Virus record (IMG/VR): IMGVR_UViG_3300035670_000147
Location: 9,294-73,293 of that record
Direction: 5' to 3' (one strand)
DNA length: 64,000 bases
DNA from: a virus
Within the stretch, counting starts at the first letter, position 1. Each line of letters starts with the position of its first letter. Shown here piece by piece: positions 9,280-18,052 of the stretch. A program made the position numbers and the translations under genes. The notes under the pieces are model-generated. The model did no database searches. It was not told where the DNA came from and saw nothing but the letters and a program-made list of their open reading frames with translations.

Positions 9280-10314
9280 ATGGCTAAAGGACTCGACGTC
9301 GGAACTTCTTTTATCGTGCTGGCCTCGGACTCAGACGCCCCGATTAGTTACACCAGCGACGACAAGTTCGGGTACGTCAAATACACCGATTTCCGCGACG
9401 CCTTTTTCGTCATTAAGCCTACGACGCCAGTCGCCACGAAGATGATTGAAAAGGGCTTGCAGGGAAAAGTGTTCGTGAAAGACACGGACGGCTCATTTAT
9501 CATTCTCGGTCAAGACGCGATCGAAAAAGCCATCGAGCGTAACGAGTCGGCCAAGCGCCCCATGTATCGCGGCGTTGTAAGCCCCAAAGAAAAAGAAGCG
9601 AAGCGCGTGCTGGCCTACATTCTCCAGCAGGTGTGCGGCCAAGCCAGCGAGCCGGACGAAAAGTTGGTGTTCTGTATTCCGGCCCAGCCCGTCGATCAAG
9701 AAGACGACGAGTTTGATGTCGGATATCACGAAGATGTGGTCAAAACCGTGCTGCAGGGCCAAGGGTACAGCGCGCGGGCGATCAACGAGGCGGAAGCCCT
9801 GTGCTACTCGGAGTTGGAGAACGACGATTACACTGGCGTGGCGCTGTCGTGGGGCGCCGGCATGGTGAACTGCTGCGTCATGCTCAACGGCGAGCCCACG
9901 GTGACGTTCTCGACCACGAAATCGGGCGACTGGATCGACCGCATGTCGGGCATTGCGACGGGCGAGCCGGATAGCGTCGTGCAGGCCGAGAAAGAAAATG
10001 GCGAGTTCGTAATTGGCGAACAGAATGACAATCCGGTTCTCGCCGCGGTCAGCGCCTACTATGAGCGGCTGATCGACTACACCACGAAGCAATTGGCAAA
10101 TGCGCTCCGCGGGCACAAAGCCTTGCCCAAGTTCAAGAGTCCTTTGCTCGTCGCGTTAGCCGGCGGAACAACGCAGGCGCAGGGTTTTGTGGCGATGTTT
10201 GAAAAGAAACTGGCGGAGAATGAGTTTCCGTTGCCGGTCAAAGAAGTGCGCCACGCCGCAGACCCTTTACACGCAGTTGCCCGCGGTTGTTTGATTGCTG
10301 CCAAAGTGCTCTGA
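9280..10314 (+). CDS. Actin-superfamily ATPase (MreB/FtsA/MamK-like)
   Basis: Phosphate-1 GLDVGTS, connect-1 INEAEA, phosphate-2 LSWGAGMVN, adenosine LAGGT, connect-2 PLHAVARG. Confidence 0.85.
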   Translation: MAKGLDVGTSFIVLASDSDAPISYTSDDKFGYVKYTDFRDAFFVIKPTTPVATKMIEKGLQGKVFVKDTDGSFIILGQDAIEKAIERNESAKRPMYRGVVSPKEKEAKRVLAYILQQVCGQASEPDEKLVFCIPAQPVDQEDDEFDVGYHEDVVKTVLQGQGYSARAINEAEALCYSELENDDYTGVALSWGAGMVNCCVMLNGEPTVTFSTTKSGDWIDRMSGIATGEPDSVVQAEKENGEFVIGEQNDNPVLAAVSAYYERLIDYTTKQLANALRGHKALPKFKSPLLVALAGGTTQAQGFVAMFEKKLAENEFPLPVKEVRHAADPLHAVARGCLIAAKVL

Positions 10315-10334
10315 TTTTTGCCACGCAGATAGAC

Positions 10335-10374
10335 GCGCCCATCGACCCTTGGTACGATGGGCGCTTTCTTTTTT
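10335..10374 (+). terminator. Rho-independent terminator
   Basis: GCGCCCATCG/CGATGGGCGC stem followed by TTTCTTTTTT. Confidence 0.8.
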
Positions 10375-10398
10375 GAGGCGCGGAGCAAGGACGGCGTT

Positions 10399-10854
10399 AT
10401 GCGCAAGCAGGCTTTTGATGGAATTATTATTGCACACCTTGGCAACACAGATGGGCGGCAACCGGAGTTAGAAAACACGCTGCCGTATATTCAAAAAGCG
10501 TTAAAAGAAGGCTGGCACGTTTGCGTCGATGTCGTATTTAAATACGGGCAATTTCTGTTACCGCACGCCCGCGGCCACTATGCCGCCCCGCCGGCCCTGC
10601 TTTCTAAGCAGCGTGTTTGGAGCCGCGCCTTTGACGCCGACACCGTCGACGCGTTGTGCAACATTGGCGCCCATTGTTTTTTACATAGCGACAATTTTAT
10701 GTCGTTAACAAGCGCGCAGTTTATTTTTACATTGCCGCCACATGTGCTTTCACCCCGATCGATCGCTATGTTTCCGGAAACAACTAGCGACGACTGGTTA
10801 AAAAATTTTGAGCCAGCGGGGCTATGCAGCAACGAGCCGCGCCGGTATATCTAG
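10399..10854 (+). CDS. Glycerophosphodiester phosphodiesterase-like protein (divergent)
   Basis: IIAHLGN...ENTLPYIQKALKEG...VDV. Start moved to ATG 10399, past the terminator. Confidence 0.6.
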   Translation: MRKQAFDGIIIAHLGNTDGRQPELENTLPYIQKALKEGWHVCVDVVFKYGQFLLPHARGHYAAPPALLSKQRVWSRAFDADTVDALCNIGAHCFLHSDNFMSLTSAQFIFTLPPHVLSPRSIAMFPETTSDDWLKNFEPAGLCSNEPRRYI

Positions 10855-10915
10855 TCTCGTTCTTTGACAATTTGCCCGCACACGCTACCGGTCAAACCCC
10901 GGTAGTTTGTATAAT

Positions 10916-11149
10916 TGGTGTGTACCGTAAGTTGACCGTGGTGGTCGGTCGGTTAGGGTTGGAGCCAACGCAGGGATGCGGCAGCGACAACATGGTTTCG
11001 TGGTCAGGTTTAGTCGTGAACACGATCGGAGGCGCGGCGAATACCACACAGGGCGAAATTCCTTGCCCTCGAAAGTTGCCGTGAAGCCTTGATTTTTATC
11101 AAGGTCGGACCCGCGGAAAGGGGATCGCGGGGGCTTGCGGTACACACCA
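10916..11149 (+). ncRNA. Unassigned structured RNA (~234 nt) upstream of the holin
   Basis: 17-bp terminal helix (10916-10932 with 11133-11149, two G-U pairs), at least 6 internal stems, preceded by GTATAAT and followed by T5. Confidence 0.6.
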
Positions 11150-11188
11150 TTTTTGACAAAAGAAACGACATTTACTGGTTTACGGTCT

Positions 11189-11554
11189 ATGCTCGATGAT
11201 TTTATTGCATCTTTATCCGTGTTTGCGGCCTCGTTCGGCGTTTCGGCGTTCGCGGGGTTGGCGACCCTTTTGCGTTTCAGCCGCAAACTTTCTAAACTAG
11301 CGATTACCAGCGCAATGCTGAATTCGGGGTTTATGGGCCTCGCCATTTCGTTGATTTGGTACCAAAACTACCGAGAAGCCGCGAACATTCATGGGTTAAT
11401 TGGTATTTGTGTCCTTGCCGGCATGGGTGGTTCCACGCTGACCGACGTTTTAATTTCTGTGCTGTCGGGCGCCGGCATCAAAGTCGTCATTAATCACGAG
11501 AGGGACCGCGATGAACTCCACTGCCCCCACGACAGCGAGCGATCCAATGATTGA
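11189..11554 (+). CDS. Putative holin (3 TM segments)
   Basis: Three hydrophobic helices with small-residue motifs (NSGFMGLAISL, LAGMGG) and a charged C-terminus. Confidence 0.55.
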   Translation: MLDDFIASLSVFAASFGVSAFAGLATLLRFSRKLSKLAITSAMLNSGFMGLAISLIWYQNYREAANIHGLIGICVLAGMGGSTLTDVLISVLSGAGIKVVINHERDRDELHCPHDSERSND

Positions 11555-11714
11555 CCAACACGTGCGCAATCAGATGAGTTTAATGGCGTGGGTAATGACA
11601 TTTTTGTGCGGGTGGGTTATGTTTCTTTCAGCGTACGTGTGTGTAGCATGCCACCGAGCCGAGGCTAACGATACCGCAACGACAAAAACGACCGCCGTGA
11701 CAGCCCGGCACTAA
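11547..11714 (+). CDS. Small single-TM protein overlapping the holin (lysis accessory?)
   Basis: Hydrophobic LMAWVMTFLCGWVMFLSAYVCVAC segment. Confidence 0.45.
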   Translation: MIDQHVRNQMSLMAWVMTFLCGWVMFLSAYVCVACHRAEANDTATTKTTAVTARH

Positions 11715-11732
11715 AACTTTTGCGGGTTTGCC

Positions 11733-13655
11733 ATGGATGGCTTCTCTATTCTTGACGGCGTGTGGCGGAAACCGCTGACGAGCCAGCGCGAATACCACGT
11801 CGGCAACGCGATTGGGTGGCTGGCGCGCACAGAAAAACAAGCCGCCACGCAACACGCCCTCGCCGGCCGGCTGTATGTGGCGAAAAGCGGCTGGCTACTC
11901 CTCTCGGTTCCGAACGCGCTGGTCCGGGGCGTCTACGACGCGATGACCGCCCCCGGCGCCGAACTTCCGCTGGCGGGCACTATGAATGTGCCCAACGTAG
12001 CCAGCGATGTCTTGAACGCGCATATTTCGGTCATGACCGCCGAAGAAGTCAAAAAGATCGGCGCTGAAAATATCAATGAGCGCGGGCACATGGTCGGCTA
12101 CTCGCTGGGCCACCTAAAAGAAATCACGCCGAGGAACGTTGCCGGCGTGAGCAAGGTCTGGGCGCTGCAGGTCTCGTCGCCCATGCTCTCGGCGATTCGT
12201 AAAAGTTACGGGCTACAGCCGTTCGTAAATGGCCACCCGTTCCACATTACCGTTGCCGTGCGCCGGAAAAACGTGCTGCAGGCCAATAGCACGCGCAAAG
12301 CCGCGGCGGCCGCTAAAAGCCCGCAGCCCCGTGTGCGCGTCGTCGTGCCGTACAAAGACCAGTATTTGATGGAAACGCTCAATAACTCGAAGTGGCCTGA
12401 AAATATCGGCAAACGGCGATTTATCGGTGGCGGTATCGAAACGGGCGAAACACCAGAACAGGCCGCTGCGCGTGAGTTATTCGAAGAACTCGGCGTGAAG
12501 ATCAAACCGACCGCTTTTCGCGCTTTAGGTAACGATCCGCGCGAAGGATGGCAGCACGAGCATTATCTGGAACTGCCCAAGCACAAACTCAAGCCCGGAA
12601 ATTTTAACGCTACCGTTGGTTCTGACGCCGTGGTCACGCTTTCGCACGGGCTGCCCGAAGGCGACGATTATATGGGGCCAGACATCAAAAAACTGCTTGC
12701 TCCTGTTTTGAAGAAGGCAAATGACCTGCTTCACGGCGGCGCGGCAGACAATATGTCCGACAGTAAATTTCCCAAAGAAGAACTTGCCGAAGGAGCAGAG
12801 CATGAGCGCGAGCACACCGACAATGACCAAATCGCCAAAGAAATTGCCAAAGATCATCTGCAAGAAGACCCGGCCTACTACAAAAAAGTAGAGGCGATTG
12901 AAAAAGACGCGGCTACAGCAGTGGTGCCGGTACCGCAGCCGCCGAAGCCGCCAGAAATGCGGGAAGATGTAACCGCCCCGCCTGAGATGCCCCCGCCCCC
13001 GACAGCCGACGTCGCGTTTGGTGTTGTCCCGCCGCCGGCTCTCCCGCCATCCGGGCAGCAACTCCAAAGCCCGCAGCAGACCCCAGAGCAAGAAGAGCAA
13101 GATAAACAAGCAGAGTCTAAGGCGCTCTTGTTAGCCGAACTTCAAGCGGCAAAAGAGCACTCAGATAACAAGCGGTACGAACTAAAAACGCAAATTTTGC
13201 GGCGATTAATGCAACAATCGCCGCAAGACTGGCGTGTAGACGATCCAAAACCCTACCACAAAGGCATTACGCACGGGCCGACCAAGTTTAAGTTTCACGT
13301 CGAGCCGACAGCGATTCCGGCGTCCGTAAAAGCCGCGGCCCGCCAGCCGCGCAGCGCGTACATGTCGGCGCTCTATAACTCGTACGGTCTGCATCGACCA
13401 ATTACGTACAACTACAACAAAACAGTTGCCGAAAACATTCAGGATCAAATGATGATGGTAAAGCAGCGCGGCGACTTCATGCGCAACGCTAAAATTAATC
13501 ATCAGCGATACATGGCCACGCTCGACCCCAAATACCGGTATGAGTTAGCAATGAAAGCCATGAATAACGAACTCGAAGAAGAGCCGATGGTCGACAAAAT
13601 GATCGGGCGGTATGGCGATAGTTTTATGAACACGATTTTTGGGAGGCCGAAATGA
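11733..13655 (+). CDS. Multidomain protein: 2H phosphoesterase + Nudix hydrolase + DUF5661-like module + C-terminal domains
   Basis: HISV and HITV 2H motifs; Nudix box GGGIETGETPEQAAARELFEELG; EHEREHT...AKEIAKDHLQEDPAYY. Confidence 0.75.
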   Translation: MDGFSILDGVWRKPLTSQREYHVGNAIGWLARTEKQAATQHALAGRLYVAKSGWLLLSVPNALVRGVYDAMTAPGAELPLAGTMNVPNVASDVLNAHISVMTAEEVKKIGAENINERGHMVGYSLGHLKEITPRNVAGVSKVWALQVSSPMLSAIRKSYGLQPFVNGHPFHITVAVRRKNVLQANSTRKAAAAAKSPQPRVRVVVPYKDQYLMETLNNSKWPENIGKRRFIGGGIETGETPEQAAARELFEELGVKIKPTAFRALGNDPREGWQHEHYLELPKHKLKPGNFNATVGSDAVVTLSHGLPEGDDYMGPDIKKLLAPVLKKANDLLHGGAADNMSDSKFPKEELAEGAEHEREHTDNDQIAKEIAKDHLQEDPAYYKKVEAIEKDAATAVVPVPQPPKPPEMREDVTAPPEMPPPPTADVAFGVVPPPALPPSGQQLQSPQQTPEQEEQDKQAESKALLLAELQAAKEHSDNKRYELKTQILRRLMQQSPQDWRVDDPKPYHKGITHGPTKFKFHVEPTAIPASVKAAARQPRSAYMSALYNSYGLHRPITYNYNKTVAENIQDQMMMVKQRGDFMRNAKINHQRYMATLDPKYRYELAMKAMNNELEEEPMVDKMIGRYGDSFMNTIFGRPK

Positions 13656-13897
13656 GTTGGCTACCCGACTGGCTCACCCGCCCAAAACCGTCGACACCCA
13701 ACGTGCCGATAGATGAACCGGGCCGCACGCCGTGGTTGCGCGTGTGGCGGCTACTTCGCGACGTAAACTTAAAAGATTTGTGGCCGGTTGTTATTAGCGT
13801 ACCAACGATTGTTTTTTTTGCTATCAGCGGTTTTATCGCGTGGGTGTATCTTCTGCTGCGCGCCGTAGTGCTTTTTGTGCGCAAACTCTTTAGGTAA
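13652..13897 (+). CDS. Small membrane protein
   Basis: Long C-terminal hydrophobic stretch; ATGA overlap with the previous gene. Confidence 0.6.
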   Translation: MSWLPDWLTRPKPSTPNVPIDEPGRTPWLRVWRLLRDVNLKDLWPVVISVPTIVFFAISGFIAWVYLLLRAVVLFVRKLFR

Positions 13898-13920
13898 CGA
13901 AACAGCGGGGACACGGGATA

Positions 13921-15009
13921 ATGATTGATGTTTCTTTATGGCGGGCTGTTCCAGAGCGCGTTGCGGACTTATTGCCGCGCGCGATAGAAATTGGCCACGC
14001 CTACATTAAAGTTGCCGAACAAACCGGCGACCTCGCCGGCAGCACGGCGACGTGGCTCGTCGATGAAGACGTGCTTGTGTGCTACCGCCCGAACGCGAAA
14101 CGCGCGGTCAAATTTGGGCATCTCGATAATGGGCGGTGTTTCCGCATCCGCGATATTAACGACAAACCGGATGTCGAAAAAGAAATTCTGATTAAGAAAG
14201 CCGCGCTGCCCGGCGTCAGCCATGTTTGGGATTTTGCGAACAAAGCCCTGCTCGGCCCAACGCCCCTGTCGAACGCGATTGTGTCCGGTTTAATGCTCGG
14301 CGGTTTGGGTTACGGCGCCGGCACGCTCGCTGAAAACTTGTTTCCGGAAAGATATTTAGAGCGGGGCAAGTTTCGCCGAACGCTTGGGCTGCTCGGCGCT
14401 GGCGCGGGTTTGGGCCTTGGCGCAATGAATGCGCACGCGAACGGCCGCCGTACCGGAAAAGGTTTTTGGTCCGGCCTGATTACGCGCAACGATTCAGATG
14501 TGTCGCAGTACACGCCTGAATCTCGGATTGCAGCCCGCGGCCTAAACGCGCGCGAGCGCCTTGGAATTGCCAAACAGCCGGCCGTAAAAACAAGCGCCGC
14601 AGAAACGGTGAAAGAAAGTTTTCAGCAGTTCCCGTCGCAGTTGCGGCAGCCCGGGCTGTTTGCGCCGATCGTTAACGTGCCGCAATTTAATCAGGCCGCG
14701 TGGGGCGACGTGCAACGCGGTATGCACACTAATAATTTTCAAAATTACACGCCGCCGCAGTTCGCCGCGGCGACGACCGGTTTAATGACGGGAATTAGCG
14801 CGGCACAACGGTCGCCGATTATTCGGCCGGTTGACGTCATTCGCGGCATTGCGTCGGCGGGCGTTGGGCTCGCCACGGCGAATCTTGCTGGCCGCACGTT
14901 ATCGGCGCTGGCGGGTTTAACACCGGCGGGACAAGAAAAATTACAGGATATGGGGCTGTGGGGTGGTATGATGCATGCTGTCGTACCCGCAATGTTTGGC
15001 AATCGTTAA
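13921..15009 (+). CDS. Glycine-zipper protein, putative virion internal protein
   Basis: GLMLGGLGYGAG and GLLGAGAGLGLG segments; IKKA, VKTS, VKES motifs. Confidence 0.55.
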   Translation: MIDVSLWRAVPERVADLLPRAIEIGHAYIKVAEQTGDLAGSTATWLVDEDVLVCYRPNAKRAVKFGHLDNGRCFRIRDINDKPDVEKEILIKKAALPGVSHVWDFANKALLGPTPLSNAIVSGLMLGGLGYGAGTLAENLFPERYLERGKFRRTLGLLGAGAGLGLGAMNAHANGRRTGKGFWSGLITRNDSDVSQYTPESRIAARGLNARERLGIAKQPAVKTSAAETVKESFQQFPSQLRQPGLFAPIVNVPQFNQAAWGDVQRGMHTNNFQNYTPPQFAAATTGLMTGISAAQRSPIIRPVDVIRGIASAGVGLATANLAGRTLSALAGLTPAGQEKLQDMGLWGGMMHAVVPAMFGNR

Positions 15010-15019
15010 AGGAGCCGTT

Positions 15020-15394
15020 ATGACTACGTCAAAGAAAAGTGTGGCAACTAAAGTAGAAGAATTGCGCTCATTCGGCGAAGCCGCCGAAGGCACCGCGCTC
15101 GAAGGGCTTGATAAGTGGCTCACGCCAGAGTTTTGGACAATGGCGCTCACCGCGGCTTCTAACATTATTGCCGTACTGGCGCTCGTTGGCTGGCTCGACC
15201 ACTCTCAAGTTGAAACTGTAACCAAAGCCGTCACGGCCTTAATTGGCGCCGTTGAGGTTATTTTGATCAACGGGTTGCTGGTCTGGAAGTACCTGTCCGG
15301 CCGACAGGAGATCGCGAAGCAAATTATGGCGTCGCGGTTGCGGATTCGCGAAGAAGTTGAGTACGCAAAATTGCAAGCGTTAAAATCTAGGTGA
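15020..15394 (+). CDS. Two-TM membrane protein (holin-like)
   Basis: AGGAG RBS; TPEFW followed by two TM helices. Confidence 0.55.
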   Translation: MTTSKKSVATKVEELRSFGEAAEGTALEGLDKWLTPEFWTMALTAASNIIAVLALVGWLDHSQVETVTKAVTALIGAVEVILINGLLVWKYLSGRQEIAKQIMASRLRIREEVEYAKLQALKSR

Positions 15395-15397
15395 TTT

Positions 15398-15811
15398 ATG
15401 GACGAGGGCGCTCTTGCAGACCGGATCAAAGCATCTCCGGCGTTGTCAGCGTTACACGACGACATTGCCAGAGAATTAGCCTTTCATTCGGAACACAGTG
15501 TGCAATTTGATCCGATTACGATCATCATGATTATTTCAATCGTGGTGCAAGTAATCATTCACTGCCGCAACAAGCGCAGTGACGAGCAAATTGCGCAAGA
15601 TATTCGCGACATTAGAACGCTTCCGCCGCGCCAATTAATGCGGCTCCGACGGCGTTTAAACAGATTGTGGCGAGACCGTTGCGGGGGTTACGACGCGAGC
15701 CCGAACGCAACGAATCCGCTAATCACTGCGTTGTACGAAGTAAGCGAGCGCGCAGACGACGAAACTATTAGTGAACTTTTACTGCTGGCGCGTCAGAATG
15801 AAAATGGGTAA
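15398..15811 (+). CDS. Hypothetical protein with one TM segment
   Basis: FDPITIIMIISIVVQVIIHC. Confidence 0.6.
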   Translation: MDEGALADRIKASPALSALHDDIARELAFHSEHSVQFDPITIIMIISIVVQVIIHCRNKRSDEQIAQDIRDIRTLPPRQLMRLRRRLNRLWRDRCGGYDASPNATNPLITALYEVSERADDETISELLLLARQNENG

Positions 15812-15816
15812 GAAAT

Positions 15817-16644
15817 ATGGCACGGAAGCCGAAACAGACAACTGAAAGCAAAAACGTCATTCCAACGAGTCAGGCGTTAAAGTATTTGTTCAACCTTGGA
15901 TATTTCGGAAAAGACCCGTGGTCGAAGGTTCGGTCAATACGCGGCAAGGAACTGGAAAAGGCCATTGCTGCGTATCAAGAGTTTAACGGGATTGAGCCGT
16001 GCGGGTGTGTAAACGACGTGACGGCCCACCGATTCAATCGGCGGCGGTGCGGGCTGCCGGACTTCGGGCTCACAGACCCGAACGGCGAGCCGTGCAAGTG
16101 GCCGATGAAAAACATTACGTACTATCACGAAATTAAAATGCCGGGATTGAGCGACGAGCAGGTTCGTGAGGCGTATGACGTCGCGTTCAGTCAGTGGGCC
16201 GAGGTTTGCAACATTGAACCGACCCGCGTTGACAGCCCGGCTCGTGCCAACATTTATGCGCGTTCCGGGACCGGCCGAAAAAATCATCTCGATAATCGCG
16301 GCGGCACATTAGCGTGGAGTGAGTTACCGTGCGGCGTTCATGAAACTATTCAGTTAGACCAGATGTACGACGAGGCTGAGCCGTGGTCGTTTAACATGGC
16401 TATCGCAGTGATGTGTCACGAACTCGGACACGCGCTTGGCCTGCCGCATTTAAACGATGGTAATTTAATGGCCCCGTACTACGACCCGAATGTGACGGCG
16501 CCGCAGAAAGATGATATTAAAGAAATCGTAAAGTTATACGGGAAACGCGCGCAAAAGTACCCCATTACGAAAGACGCGTCGCTAAAAATTGGCGGCACAA
16601 TCGTAATTAACGGTCGCCCGTATGTACTCGTGCCAAAAACCTGA
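15817..16644 (+). CDS. Matrixin (M10) metalloprotease with MMP-type propeptide
   Basis: HELGHALGLPH zinc motif, Met-turn LMAPYY, cysteine switch RRCGLPD, PG-binding-like prodomain (YLFNLGY...AIAAYQEFNGI). Confidence 0.85.
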   Translation: MARKPKQTTESKNVIPTSQALKYLFNLGYFGKDPWSKVRSIRGKELEKAIAAYQEFNGIEPCGCVNDVTAHRFNRRRCGLPDFGLTDPNGEPCKWPMKNITYYHEIKMPGLSDEQVREAYDVAFSQWAEVCNIEPTRVDSPARANIYARSGTGRKNHLDNRGGTLAWSELPCGVHETIQLDQMYDEAEPWSFNMAIAVMCHELGHALGLPHLNDGNLMAPYYDPNVTAPQKDDIKEIVKLYGKRAQKYPITKDASLKIGGTIVINGRPYVLVPKT

Positions 16645-16676
16645 TAGAATCATACGCGTCTTGCAAGGAGATAATT

Positions 16677-16958
16677 ATGACCCAGTTTCAAATGCTTGCA
16701 CTTGGTTTATTTCTCGGCGTCACGGCTGTCGCCTACCGTAAAGAACTTGTTTCTTTGGCGAAAGCCCTGCTGAAGCGCGGCGGCGTTGAAACCCCCGCTG
16801 TACAGCAGTCGATCGCCGTGACGATCGTCGACGATCTTGTGTCTGTAACCGAACTCCGCGACAAATTGGCCGCAGAGGATTGCCCGCAGGGTGTTGAGGC
16901 GTGCACAAATTTACTGCGCGTAATCGTCGAACACATCCCGCCGGCAAAAACCGTCTGA
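16677..16958 (+). CDS. Small N-terminally anchored protein
   Basis: AAGGAG RBS, N-terminal hydrophobic helix, upstream TGaTAGAAT. Confidence 0.6.
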   Translation: MTQFQMLALGLFLGVTAVAYRKELVSLAKALLKRGGVETPAVQQSIAVTIVDDLVSVTELRDKLAAEDCPQGVEACTNLLRVIVEHIPPAKTV

Positions 16959-16982
16959 TAACCCCGATCGGGAGTAATTTCA

Positions 16983-17432
16983 ATGAAAAAGTTAGTTTGG
17001 GTCGCCGGTTTGTTGCTTATTGTGGCGCTCTTATACCCGAACGGGATTTCTCTGCCGACGCCGTCTCCGGAGCCCGTACCCGTTCCGGCGCCGGACGACG
17101 TTGTTGACACGAATCCCGAAATTGTTTCTCTCCTCGCCAACGCGACAGCGGAAGATAAGCAACGCATCGCCGGCACGTACGAGGGTATGCTTCGGGTTTT
17201 TACGCGCGACAAAGGCACCCGCGTGAAGACGACCGAGCAGTGGGCCGATTTTCAGGCAAACACATTGCAGTTAGCGATTGATACGCCCGGTAAATATCCG
17301 GGACTAGACGTTGCGATTGAAAATGTGTTTAAGACACAACTTGGCACAGACGATGTGCTGCCGACAAATCCTGAAACGCAACAGCAGATTAACAAGGCTT
17401 GCCGAATTATTATCGCTTCGGCGCGTAAATGA
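16983..17432 (+). CDS. Exported or membrane-anchored protein with Pro-rich linker
   Basis: Signal-like MKKLVWVAGLLLIVALL followed by PTPSPEPVPVPAP. Confidence 0.65.
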   Translation: MKKLVWVAGLLLIVALLYPNGISLPTPSPEPVPVPAPDDVVDTNPEIVSLLANATAEDKQRIAGTYEGMLRVFTRDKGTRVKTTEQWADFQANTLQLAIDTPGKYPGLDVAIENVFKTQLGTDDVLPTNPETQQQINKACRIIIASARK

Positions 17433-17602
17433 TTTGGTGGCACACATTTGCGATAGGTGGTTCCATGACTGGGATCGATCCCTTTCTGGCAGCATTTGTT
17501 ATTTTGTGGTGCCTGTTTCTTTTTTTTGTTATCATAGGCAGTGTGTTGCCGCAGCGTCCTCTAACGCCGCGGTTGTCTGTTTTTGAGCAAAGGAGAGAGT
17601 CT

Positions 17603-17983
17603 ATGGCTGACGTTTTAACTTACGCTGTTTCTGCCGCACCGGTCGCTGAAGGCGACGTTGTGACCCGCGAACTCAGCGTGGTTATCAACGGAGTGGAACA
17701 ACCTGTTGTTTCTTTTCCGGGTTACGCGGTCGATCTCGGCACCGTGGAGGCGCCGCAGGATTCTGAAGTAGTATTACGGCTTGTCGACGTCGATGACGCC
17801 GGCAACCGATCCGAACCGGCTGAAGTAACGTTCGTCGCTGTCGATACGCTGCCGCCGTCCGTTCCGGGCGCGCTCGGCGTGGCGCTGGTCGGCGAAAAGA
17901 CAGTCGCTGACGAGGTCGTCGATGAAGTTGTCGACGAAGTCGTGGACGGCGAAGAGTCGAACGAAGACGTTACGGGTGCGTGA
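17603..17983 (+). CDS. Acidic Ig/FN3-like beta-sandwich protein (in-frame TM extension possible from 17429)
   Basis: AAGGAG RBS; VDVDDAGNRSEPA...DTLPPSVP pattern. Confidence 0.55.
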   Translation: MADVLTYAVSAAPVAEGDVVTRELSVVINGVEQPVVSFPGYAVDLGTVEAPQDSEVVLRLVDVDDAGNRSEPAEVTFVAVDTLPPSVPGALGVALVGEKTVADEVVDEVVDEVVDGEESNEDVTGA

Positions 17984-18001
17984 CGATTAAAATCGGTTAA
18001 C

Positions 18002-18029
18002 GCCCCTGCCGCCGAAAGGCGGCGGGGGC
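18002..18029 (+). terminator. GC-rich GAAA-tetraloop hairpin (terminator or processing site)
   Basis: GCCCCTGCCGCC-GAAA-GGCGGCGGGGGC; weak U-tract. Confidence 0.5.
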
Positions 18030-18052
18030 TTAACCCCAACCACAATCTACTT

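Noticed and set aside
10864-10915. Perfect TTGACA plus TATAAT sigma-70 promoter
   Set aside because: The spacing is 40 bp rather than about 17; only the -10-like element is retained as a candidate.
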